Part shown: one piece after another, positions 7,648 through 15,375 of the stretch
Numbering within the stretch: the first letter of the stretch is position 1
Layout: each line of letters opens with the position of its first letter
Assembly (NCBI GenBank): GCA_045597145.1
Contig: JAZODU010000069.1
Span: forward strand, 8,599-72,598
DNA: 64,000 nucleotides
Origin: Eubacteriales bacterium
GTDB taxonomy: Bacteria; Bacillota; Clostridia; Oscillospirales; CAG-272
Reading direction: 5' to 3'
Program-made: the position numbers and the translations under genes
Notes under the pieces: model-generated
Told to the model about the DNA's origin: nothing
Database searches by the model: none
What the model saw: the letters and a program-made list of their open reading frames with translations, nothing else

Positions 7648-8916
7648 TTACATTCCGTTATAGTTCTCCCATCTCCACCGCAAGAACTCTTTATTTGTGA
7701 AATCGGGAATCACAATACGAGGAGGAATCAATGCACCGTAATCCATTCTCGCCCTCGAAGATAGTTCAACAATTCCTGTTTCTGAAATACGTAAATGTCC
7801 TGTGTCGAATAAAGTATGTATGTCGGTTCTCATTGCAAATCCGTTCGCAACAGTATCTTCACCATTATACTTGAAGGGTTTTATGTGTGCAGCTTCTAAA
7901 ACCTCGGGCATCGTAACATTTGTAATTACACAACGTTGACAAGCCTTAAGTACTTCTCTTCTAAAGTTTGCTTGATTCGGTCTTGCCGTTCTCATTGTTT
8001 GAACACGTTTTCTTTCAACTTCAGATGTAACTTCTGTTGCTCGAATTTGAGCTAACGCAGATATAAGCGATTCGTCTTTGGGCTTTTGAGCAATGATTGC
8101 AGAAATTTCATCTAGTATAACGGCACTAATAGCATATTTTTCAGCCATCCTTGTGTTGCCGCCTATAAGATTGATATATCCGTAATTTGAAAGGAACAAC
8201 AAGTATTCTCGTGCTATACGCATGTCATTGGCTTCGGGGCAACAATTGGGCCATCCAATTAGAGATATTTCACCTGCCCTATACCAAAGTATGAAATTAA
8301 CATAGTCTTCTATTTCCGCATGGCATCCCGACAATGGAATAATCACTTTTATCAGTTCTTCGGTGGTGATATAACCCTGCCCTAATTCTTGAAGCTTCAT
8401 TTGAATTTCAAGGATTAGCCTTAGCGGATATAAGACCAAATTGTGTTCAAGCCAACGAGCACATTCCTGCTGACTTTGAATTTGGGCGTTAGGCAATTTA
8501 AAGGTTTGAACTGTTATTGCTGCAAACTCGGTTTGCGAAATATCATGGTCGGCGATCCTTCTACCAAATTCGGTTAATTGGATTTGCCCCGAGCGTCCGC
8601 CCGGAGGAATTAATCCCAAGGCTCTCCAATATTGTCCTGAATTTCTAATTAAATTCCGTTCGCCGGCCCTTCTTTCTAAATCCACGCCGACGGAATCTTT
8701 TATGTCATTAGATAAATCTATCAGTTCTTTTGCAAATTCATCTGAACTGTATTTCACGCCCAAAGGCTCTAACTTTCGCATTCTGAACAAAACGCCAAGC
8801 AATACAACGGGGTCATTCAATCCCTCTGTACATTGTAGGCATGCCCATTTCCATTTAAATTCGGGAAAGGGCTTTACTGGTACATAATTTTTAGGTAACA
8901 TATTATTTTTCCTCAA
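7648..8916 (-). CDS. HNH nuclease, putative restriction endonuclease of R-M module 2
   Basis: C-terminal HNH block: FRREVLKACQRCVITNV...LEAAHIKPF...NGFAMRTDIHTLFDTGHL. It is the last gene of the C-M-M-R operon and overlaps the MTase stop by 14 nt. I cannot assign the N-terminal ~300 aa. Confidence 0.7.
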   Translation of the reverse strand: MRKNNMLPKNYVPVKPFPEFKWKWACLQCTEGLNDPVVLLGVLFRMRKLEPLGVKYSSDEFAKELIDLSNDIKDSVGVDLERRAGERNLIRNSGQYWRALGLIPPGGRSGQIQLTEFGRRIADHDISQTEFAAITVQTFKLPNAQIQSQQECARWLEHNLVLYPLRLILEIQMKLQELGQGYITTEELIKVIIPLSGCHAEIEDYVNFILWYRAGEISLIGWPNCCPEANDMRIAREYLLFLSNYGYINLIGGNTRMAEKYAISAVILDEISAIIAQKPKDESLISALAQIRATEVTSEVERKRVQTMRTARPNQANFRREVLKACQRCVITNVTMPEVLEAAHIKPFKYNGEDTVANGFAMRTDIHTLFDTGHLRISETGIVELSSRARMDYGALIPPRIVIPDFTNKEFLRWRWENYNGM

Positions 8917-9829
8917 AATCGTTAAACATACGAGCTACAGCGTATCCCAATAGCGGGGGAACAGCATTACCAATTTGTCTATATACGGACGAACGATTGC
9001 CCGTAAACTCAAATCGCAAAGGAAAACTTTGCACTGTAGCAAGCTCCCTACAAGACATTCTTCGTGCTGCGTTGGGATGCGGCAAAATAACAACTCCACC
9101 TTTGCTGTCTCCTCTTGCAGTAACAGTAGGTGCGGGTTTTTCAGGATCAAGTGGACGGTGACCCAAATAACCGTTAAACTCTAATTTGTATTTTGAATAC
9201 TCATGATTCGGTAAATCGTTAGGCTGGTCGGGGTCAGGAATATTGGACAATGCCGATAAAACGCTTACCCACTTTGGTAAACCGTTACTACCGTTTTTGT
9301 CGTGTGTAGGCGACGGAAATACATATTCAAAATCCAAATCCGAACGAACACCCACAATAATCACTCTCTGTCGAGTCTGCGGAACCCCAAAATCAGCGGC
9401 GTTTAACACTTTCGCACAGACGTTATAGCCCAAATCGCGAAAATCAGAGAGAATCATCTCAAACACTTTTCCGCCTAACAAATTCGTTAATCCCTTGACA
9501 TTTTCAGCCAAGAAAAATTTTGGCTTTTTAGCATCAATGACACGAATCAGCTGTTTATACAATGCGTTTCTTGTGTCGTCCGCATGACGTTTGGTGTTTG
9601 CAACCGAAAAACCCTGACAAGGAAATCCCCCAATTACAATATCACAATTCGGAATATCTGCCTCATTGATTTTAGATATATCTTCGCAAACAATATGGTC
9701 TCCAATATTCTTTCTATATGTGTTTACCGCATCTTCGTATAAATCATTTGCCCAAATTATAGTGTGACCGGCCATTATAAAACCCAAGTCTAGACCGCCA
9801 GCACCGCTAAACAAAGATACTGCTTTCAT
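8903..9829 (-). CDS. DNA (cytosine-5)-methyltransferase (module 2, second copy)
   Basis: Motifs SLFSGAGGLDLG, GGFPCQGFS, ENVKG, QTRQRVIIVG, RRMSCRELATVQSFP and YRQIGNAVPP. Confidence 0.9.
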   Translation of the reverse strand: MKAVSLFSGAGGLDLGFIMAGHTIIWANDLYEDAVNTYRKNIGDHIVCEDISKINEADIPNCDIVIGGFPCQGFSVANTKRHADDTRNALYKQLIRVIDAKKPKFFLAENVKGLTNLLGGKVFEMILSDFRDLGYNVCAKVLNAADFGVPQTRQRVIIVGVRSDLDFEYVFPSPTHDKNGSNGLPKWVSVLSALSNIPDPDQPNDLPNHEYSKYKLEFNGYLGHRPLDPEKPAPTVTARGDSKGGVVILPHPNAARRMSCRELATVQSFPLRFEFTGNRSSVYRQIGNAVPPLLGYAVARMFNDFEEK

Positions 9830-10761
9830 CTGATTACTTCCTTTTCCAATCTTATCAATTCTTCACCTAGTAATTTTGCAAATTTGACGGGAACAGCATT
9901 GCCAATTTGCCTATAACAAGCCCCCATCGCTCCAACAAATTCAAAATTTTCCGGAAAGGTTTGAACGCTCGCACTTTCTCGAATTGTTAATCTGCGTGTT
10001 CCATTATAATGTGGTATAGCACAAACTCCGCCTTTCCCATTTCCCCGCGCCAAAATAGTAGGTGATGGCTTGTCAGGCTCTGTCTGTCTATGTCCCGTGA
10101 AATTGCGATACTCAACTTTGTAAGAAGAACAAATATGATTCAATACAGTATGCGTGCTTGCAGGGTCAGGAAAATGATCGATAGCTTCTTTTATCGAAAC
10201 CCATGCAAGAGGACTTCCACTTTTTGAGTGAGTAGGTGTGGGGAAACGAAACAACAATTCTTTCCCTATGTCTGTTCTTTGTCCGATGATAATAACTCTC
10301 TGTCTTGTTTGAGGCACACCATAATCTGCCATATTAACTAAAGTTACAGATGTGATATACCCCGCTTGTTCGAAATCATTGATGATTTGTCGAATTGCCG
10401 TCCCATTACCCAAGCTCAAAATCCCTTTTACATTCTCTGCAATGAAAAACTTAGGTTGCTTAATAAGTATTGTGTTGTAAAAAAATTTATATAGTTGATT
10501 TCTGTCATCGTCAACAGTTCTAAGAAGATTAGCCTGTGAGAATCCCTGACAAGGAAATCCACCAACTACTACATCGGCATCGGGAAGCGTATGAATATCA
10601 ATGTTTTTTATGTCATCACACACTATGTGTTCACCAATATTTTTTTTGTATGTTGCTACGGCATCTTTATCAAAGTCATTAGCCCAAATTACACTATTTC
10701 CTGCTTGAATCAACCCTAAATCCAAACCACCCGCACCACTAAATAAAGATATTATCTTCAT
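9826..10761 (-). CDS. DNA (cytosine-5)-methyltransferase (module 2, first copy)
   Basis: Motifs SLFSGAGGLDLG, GGFPCQGFS, ENVKG, QTRQRVIIIG, RRLTIRESASVQTFP and YRQIGNAVPV. It has a 4-nt overlap with both neighbours. Confidence 0.9.
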   Translation of the reverse strand: MKIISLFSGAGGLDLGLIQAGNSVIWANDFDKDAVATYKKNIGEHIVCDDIKNIDIHTLPDADVVVGGFPCQGFSQANLLRTVDDDRNQLYKFFYNTILIKQPKFFIAENVKGILSLGNGTAIRQIINDFEQAGYITSVTLVNMADYGVPQTRQRVIIIGQRTDIGKELLFRFPTPTHSKSGSPLAWVSIKEAIDHFPDPASTHTVLNHICSSYKVEYRNFTGHRQTEPDKPSPTILARGNGKGGVCAIPHYNGTRRLTIRESASVQTFPENFEFVGAMGACYRQIGNAVPVKFAKLLGEELIRLEKEVIR

Positions 10762-10976
10762 TGCGCTTCTCCTGTTTCTTTAGTTACATCCATAATATCA
10801 TCAAAACTGCATTCTAACGCATTGCAGATGCGGAGCATAATATCCATAGACACAGTTTCATTCTTGCCGAGCTTGGCAAGAGTGGTTGTTGACATATCCG
10901 TTGCAAGTCGCAGATCGGTTTTTGTCATACCCTTATCTATGAGCAATTTCCATAGTTTATTGTAGCTTACTGCCAT
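10758..10976 (-). CDS. XRE-family HTH protein, putative R-M controller (C) protein
   Basis: 72 aa with HTH MTKTDLRLATDMSTTTLAKLGKNE. It is the first gene of the operon, and its stop overlaps the MTase start. Confidence 0.7.
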   Translation of the reverse strand: MAVSYNKLWKLLIDKGMTKTDLRLATDMSTTTLAKLGKNETVSMDIMLRICNALECSFDDIMDVTKETGEAQ

Positions 10977-11008
10977 ATGTAAAACCTCGTGTTTTCAAAG
11001 TTATCTCT

Positions 11009-11037
11009 ATTATAACATATCTGTCCGCGAATTTCAA
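11009..11037 (-). promoter_or_regulatory. sigma-A-type promoter of the C-M-M-R operon
   Basis: Minus strand reads TTGAAA, 17-nt spacer, TGtTATAAT. A GAGG RBS lies before ATG 10976. An AACATATC motif (11014-11021) overlaps the -10 box. Confidence 0.6.
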
Positions 11038-11196
11038 CAAAATATCAGAGAAAACAAATATTTTATGCGTAGATTTTGATACTCAATCGGTGTGTGGAAA
11101 CATATCAAAAGCCATTTTTATCGTTGCATTACTATTTTCAAGGAAAAACGTGCAATTTCAGGTCAAAATAGCCGTTTTTGTTCGATATGTTATACT

Positions 11197-11248
11197 AAAC
11201 TGCTGTATTTTGATTTTTGACCACGGGGTGAAAATCACTTTTGTCCCT
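11197..11248. repeat. island repeat unit, copy D (diverged)
   Basis: AAACTGCTGTATTTTGATTTTTGACCACGGGGTGAAAATCACTTTTGTCCCT, preceded by TTCGATATGTTA at 11181-11192. Confidence 0.7.
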
Positions 11249-11270
11249 ACTTGAAAATTTGACAAAACAC

Positions 11271-11312
11271 AAAAAAGAACAGCCTTTTGACCGAAAAACA
11301 CGCTCAAAAGGC
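11271..11312 (-). terminator. intrinsic terminator of rlmCD
   Basis: Hairpin AGCCTTTTGA...TCAAAAGGCT (11281-11312), followed on the minus strand by a T-run (plus-strand AAAAAAGAAC at 11271-11280). Confidence 0.6.
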
Positions 11313-11343
11313 TGAAAAACGCCCGTTTTAGGGTCAAAATCGC

Positions 11344-12711
11344 TTATTTTCGGGACAGACAAACGACACTTTCGACGTGCCCTGTCCTCGGAAACATATC
11401 CACGGGCGTCACAACCCCAATCTCATACCCCAATTTTCTAAACAGCGCACAATCGCGGGCGAGCGTATCGGGACCGCAGGAAACGTAGACGATGCGCTCA
11501 AAATTCCGCGCCGCAAGGTACTCGATCAGCTCGGGCGTGCTTCCCTTGCGCGGCGGGTCCATGATGACCGTAGCACCCGAAACGTCACCGTGTGCGCTCT
11601 CTGCGCGCTCCAACAGATGCCGTGCATCGGACGCGTCACCGCAATAAAAATAAGCATTCTCAACGCCGTTACGTGCGGCGTTTTCTCTTGCGCGCGCGAC
11701 CGCCACCTCAACGATCTCGATGCCGATCACCCGATCGGCGTTCTTCGCCATGGAAAGCCCGATCGTGCCGATGCCGCAATAAAGATCCAGCACGGTTTCG
11801 CCACCCGTCAGCGCGGCTTTCTCGCGCGCCGTGGCGTAAAGCAGCTCGCACGCGTCGTGATTGACCTGATAAAACGCGCCCGCAGAAATGCAAAAGCGCA
11901 GACCGCACAGGATATCCTCGATCCATTCTCGCCCCGCCAGAAGTCGGTAGTCCTTCCCAAGCACCACGTTGGTGTTTTGCGTGTTGACGTTGAGCATCAC
12001 GCTCTTAACGCCCGAAAATTTTCCGCACAAGCCATCGGCAAGCCGCTCTTCGTTCGGCAAGCTCTTGCCGTTGACCACGAGGCAGACCATGGTCTCACCC
12101 GTCCCCTCGCCCATGCGCAGATAGATGTGGCGCAAAAGCCCCTTACGCGTTTCCTCATCGTACGCTTTGATGCCGTTTTGGTCGCAAAACGCGCATATGT
12201 ACGACAAAATCTCCCCGAACACGGGGGGCTGGAGGCGGCAATCCGTGCACGGCACGACGCGGTGCGTGCCCGTAGCGTAAAAGCCCGCCACCATGCCGCT
12301 CTTGCCGTTTGCCACGGGGTACTGCGCCTTGTTGCGGTAGCCCGTGAGCCGCCCCGTGGAAAGCACGGGATCGACGTGCACGTCAAAAAGCCCCGCCTTG
12401 CGGAAGGCGTTTTCCACGTAGTTGCGCTTAAGCTCCAGCTCGTGCTCGTATTTGACGTTTTTATACACGCAGCCGCCGCATCCGCGCGCCGCGCAAACGT
12501 ACCCGTCCTCGCGCAGGCGCGAGGGGGTACGCATTTTTTCGATCCGTGCGACAAGGTAATTCTTCGTCACCTTGATGATGCGCGCGTCCAATAGGTCGTC
12601 GGTCACGCCGTCGCTCACGAACACGACCTGTCCCTCGGGAGTGTGCGCCACGCCGAAGCCGAGGTTGTTGATCTCCTCGATAGACAGCGTGATAACGTCA
12701 TTCTTTTGCAT
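11344..12711 (-). CDS. rlmCD: 23S rRNA (uracil-5-)-methyltransferase, RumA/RlmCD family
   Basis: 455 aa with an N-terminal TRAM-like domain, a Cys cluster (CAARGCGGCVY) and a C-terminal SAM MTase (LDLYCGIGTIG, DPPRKG). Confidence 0.85.
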   Translation of the reverse strand: MQKNDVITLSIEEINNLGFGVAHTPEGQVVFVSDGVTDDLLDARIIKVTKNYLVARIEKMRTPSRLREDGYVCAARGCGGCVYKNVKYEHELELKRNYVENAFRKAGLFDVHVDPVLSTGRLTGYRNKAQYPVANGKSGMVAGFYATGTHRVVPCTDCRLQPPVFGEILSYICAFCDQNGIKAYDEETRKGLLRHIYLRMGEGTGETMVCLVVNGKSLPNEERLADGLCGKFSGVKSVMLNVNTQNTNVVLGKDYRLLAGREWIEDILCGLRFCISAGAFYQVNHDACELLYATAREKAALTGGETVLDLYCGIGTIGLSMAKNADRVIGIEIVEVAVARARENAARNGVENAYFYCGDASDARHLLERAESAHGDVSGATVIMDPPRKGSTPELIEYLAARNFERIVYVSCGPDTLARDCALFRKLGYEIGVVTPVDMFPRTGHVESVVCLSRK

Positions 12712-13382
12712 CAGGCGTAAAACTCCTCGCCCGTTTCAAGGCACAGGCAGGCAAGCTTACCGCCCTCGCACGCGCCGCAATCCATAAGGATACTGCCCGC
12801 GCCGCGCTCGATCCTGCCGCTTTTCGTGGGCACGTGACCAACCACGACCGTCTTGCCCTTGACCAGTGCCACCTCGGGATCAATGGGAGAGGAGAAAAAG
12901 TCCTCGGGCTGATAGTCCTCAAGGTCGGTGTCGGGCTCGTAATCGGCAATGCCTGCGTGCACCAGCAGATACTCCTTGCCGCCTGCCTCGACCTCCTCAA
13001 ACAGCGTCATATCGGACAGATAATCCAGAACGCCCTCTCTTTGCTCCTCGTCAAGCGCGCGGAAGCCGTCAAGCGTTGCCTGACCGCCGTTCTGCACCCA
13101 GGCGGTCATCTCGGAGATATAGACCGCGTCGGGCGTTGCGCCGCTTTTGAGCATTTTATCAAAACCGTAGAGCATACGCGCGGCGAGATAGTCGTGCTCA
13201 CCCGCGATCGCGTAAACGTTGAGGCGCACGCTGACGTCCGCGATCAGCTCCATTGCCTCCTCGCCAAAATCAACGAGGTCGCCGAGCAGATACAGCACGT
13301 CGTTCTCCTTGAAGGCGATCTCGGAGAGCAGCGCGCGGAATTTTTGATAGTTGCCGTGAATATCGGAAATAACATACGTCAT
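12711..13382 (-). CDS. metallophosphoesterase (Ser/Thr phosphatase-like)
   Basis: MTYVISDIHGN, LLGDLVDFG and GHVP motifs. The stop overlaps the rlmCD start by 1 nt (TGATG). Confidence 0.8.
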   Translation of the reverse strand: MTYVISDIHGNYQKFRALLSEIAFKENDVLYLLGDLVDFGEEAMELIADVSVRLNVYAIAGEHDYLAARMLYGFDKMLKSGATPDAVYISEMTAWVQNGGQATLDGFRALDEEQREGVLDYLSDMTLFEEVEAGGKEYLLVHAGIADYEPDTDLEDYQPEDFFSSPIDPEVALVKGKTVVVGHVPTKSGRIERGAGSILMDCGACEGGKLACLCLETGEEFYA

Positions 13383-13417
13383 GGTAATGGTTCCTTTCTG
13401 TGGTAAATATGCTTGCT

Positions 13418-14185
13418 TCAAACGAAGCGTGCGGGATTGCTGTTGACGGTGTCGACCGTGAGATTGGCATCCGCCGCTGCGAGCAGCTCAACAATGCGCT
13501 CGCAAACGGGATTTTCGGTGTAAAAATGCCCGCCCATAATCAGATTCATGCCCCGCTCGGGCGCGTCGGTCAGTTGATTGTGCTTGAGCTCCCCCGTCAG
13601 ATACGTGTCCGCTCCCGCCGCAGCCGCCGCAGGCAGATCGTCCGCACCGCCGCCCCCCAAAAGGGCTACACGGCGCACGGGAAGCCCCGCGTCGCCGATC
13701 TGCACGTAGGGAGCGCCCGTCACGTCCTTGACAAGGCGCGCAAAGGCATCAAGCGTCATCTCATTTTTCAGCGTGCCGATCCGCCCGATCGCCTCGCCGT
13801 CAAGCCCGAAGGTCTGCACCTCCTCAAGCCCCAGGCGCTCCGCCAGAACGTCGTTTACGCCGCCCGTCACCGCGTCAAGGCGCGTGTGAAAGCTCATCAC
13901 GCTCACCCCCGCGAGCAAAAGGCGGATCACCTTATCCGCCACGCACTCCCCGGGAGCCAGTGCCTTGATGGGTCGGAAAATGAGCGGATGGTGCGACACG
14001 ATCAGGTCGTATTTCCCCGCGATCGCGCGCCCGACCACCTCTCGGGTCACGTCCAGTGCCACCAGCACGCGGCACACCTCGCGTTCATCGTTCGGGCAAC
14101 ACATCAGCCCGTCATTGTCCCAGTCGCAGGATAATGCGTGCGGGATTTGGTTTTCAAGATATGCGTAAAGCTCGCGTACCGTCAT
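13418..14185 (-). CDS. Nif3-like dinuclear metal centre protein
   Basis: 255 aa. The SHHPLIF block and NIF3 layout follow trmK, as in the yqfN-yqfO pair. Confidence 0.8.
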   Translation of the reverse strand: MTVRELYAYLENQIPHALSCDWDNDGLMCCPNDEREVCRVLVALDVTREVVGRAIAGKYDLIVSHHPLIFRPIKALAPGECVADKVIRLLLAGVSVMSFHTRLDAVTGGVNDVLAERLGLEEVQTFGLDGEAIGRIGTLKNEMTLDAFARLVKDVTGAPYVQIGDAGLPVRRVALLGGGGADDLPAAAAAGADTYLTGELKHNQLTDAPERGMNLIMGGHFYTENPVCERIVELLAAADANLTVDTVNSNPARFV

Positions 14186-14874
14186 GTGATCTTCTCCAAT
14201 CGTGTCTTCAGAATGTTCAATATTTCCTCCTCTGCGCGGACGGACGCCGTAGCAGAGCGTGATTTTCCCTTCAAAATAGCCTCGTAAACGCCGATCTCGT
14301 GGCGCAAAAGCCCCTCAAAATGCGGCGGATTCGTTTGGATATTGATGCGCCCGAGCAACAGCTCCTCGGTGCTGTATGAATCCCTTTGACCGCTGTATCG
14401 CGCGGCGACCGTCTGATAGTATTTCCCCTCACACGATACGGTCTCCCCCGTGATCGCGAAGCCGTTTTCGATCAGCCACGCACGCAAAAGATGCGCCCGC
14501 GACATGGGCTGCAGGATAAGACCGATCCGCTCGTTTTTGATCCATGGTGCCTCGGAAAGGATACGAATCATCAATTCGCCGCCCATACCGAAGATCATAA
14601 TATGGTCGGGCTGAAAGTCCTCCACGCCGTACAAGCCGTCGGTCAGCATCGTATCGATCCGATCGGACAGACCCGCCGCCGCCACGTTGGCGCGCGCGCT
14701 GTCAATGGGACCTTGATTGATGTCGCACGCGAGCACCCGCTCGACGATCCCCTTTTTGACAAGATAGATCGGAAGATAGGCGTGGTCGGTGCCCACATCG
14801 ACCGCGCGTCCTCCGCCCGTCAGATAAGGGATCGCGCTTTGCAATCGGCTGTCAGGTATGATTTCTGTTTGCAT
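14182..14874 (-). CDS. trmK: tRNA (adenine(22)-N(1))-methyltransferase
   Basis: DVGTDHAYLPIYLV and ACDINQGP blocks. It has a 4-nt overlap with the Nif3 gene. Confidence 0.8.
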   Translation of the reverse strand: MQTEIIPDSRLQSAIPYLTGGGRAVDVGTDHAYLPIYLVKKGIVERVLACDINQGPIDSARANVAAAGLSDRIDTMLTDGLYGVEDFQPDHIMIFGMGGELMIRILSEAPWIKNERIGLILQPMSRAHLLRAWLIENGFAITGETVSCEGKYYQTVAARYSGQRDSYSTEELLLGRINIQTNPPHFEGLLRHEIGVYEAILKGKSRSATASVRAEEEILNILKTRLEKIT

Positions 14875-14946
14875 GTGTCTCCTCTGAATGTGGAAAATGC
14901 GTTGGGGGTCGCCATCATAACTTTCCCCAACGCATCCTCTCTTTTT

Positions 14947-15150
14947 TTACTTCTTCTCTGCGAAGAACTTGTTGATCTGCTCTACCAGAGCATCGGCATC
15001 GGTGCCGTGTGCCGCGCAAGCGTCCTCGATGGATTCTCCTCTGGAGGCAGGGCAGCCAAGGCAATGCATACCGATGGCAAAAAAGAACTGTGCGGTTTCG
15101 GGATCGAAATCCAGAACGTCGCCGACGATCGTCTTTTTGGTTACAACCAT
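14947..15150 (-). CDS. DUF1858-type small redox-disulfide protein
   Basis: 67 aa with MHCLGCP and a C-terminal GTDADALVEQIN pattern. Confidence 0.6.
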   Translation of the reverse strand: MVVTKKTIVGDVLDFDPETAQFFFAIGMHCLGCPASRGESIEDACAAHGTDADALVEQINKFFAEKK

Positions 15151-15293
15151 GGTTTCATTCTCCTTTCCTTGTTGTGTACCGAAGACTTCGGTATTCGTCT
15201 TTTATTATACCCTATTTTCTCTTTTCTGTCAATCGTTCCGCGCTTTTTTTCAAGAAAATCCCTCAAAAAAATATAAATGCCACGCGCTTTTAC

Positions 15294-15322
15294 TTGACAA
15301 CGCGCCAAAAAACTGCTATACT
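15294..15322 (+). promoter_or_regulatory. sigma-A-type promoter upstream of holB
   Basis: TTGACA, 17-nt spacer, TGcTATACT. Confidence 0.55.
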
Positions 15323-15375
15323 ATAAGATGGAGTAAGATGTCACATTGACCCCGATGCGACGGAAAGGAGGGCGC

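Larger units (their letters stand above)
3767..11343. mobile_element. AT-rich genomic (defence) island: two R-M modules plus a four-helix-bundle gene, no recombinase gene
   Basis: Sequence and codon usage switch abruptly from GC-rich to AT-rich at both edges. The island is bounded by the glxK start region and the rlmCD stop. It contains internal copies of the rlmCD 3' end and of a repeat unit. Confidence 0.65.

Noticed and set aside
3767-11343. Integron interpretation of the cassette-plus-hairpin-repeat layout
   Set aside because: No intI-like tyrosine recombinase, attI or Pc promoter is visible in the window, and the cassettes have their own promoters. It is mentioned only as an analogy and is not supported as a call.
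11377-12594. 405-aa plus-strand ORF. Similar cases are 13400-14134, 18242-19348, 20359-21522, 25374-26213, 41133-42014, 47739-48776 and 53927-55210.
   Set aside because: Each lies antisense to a gene with clear family motifs (rlmCD, the Nif3 gene, the MTase gene, ygiQ, M29 peptidase, ABC ATPase, recA, AGCS). These are composition-driven open frames.
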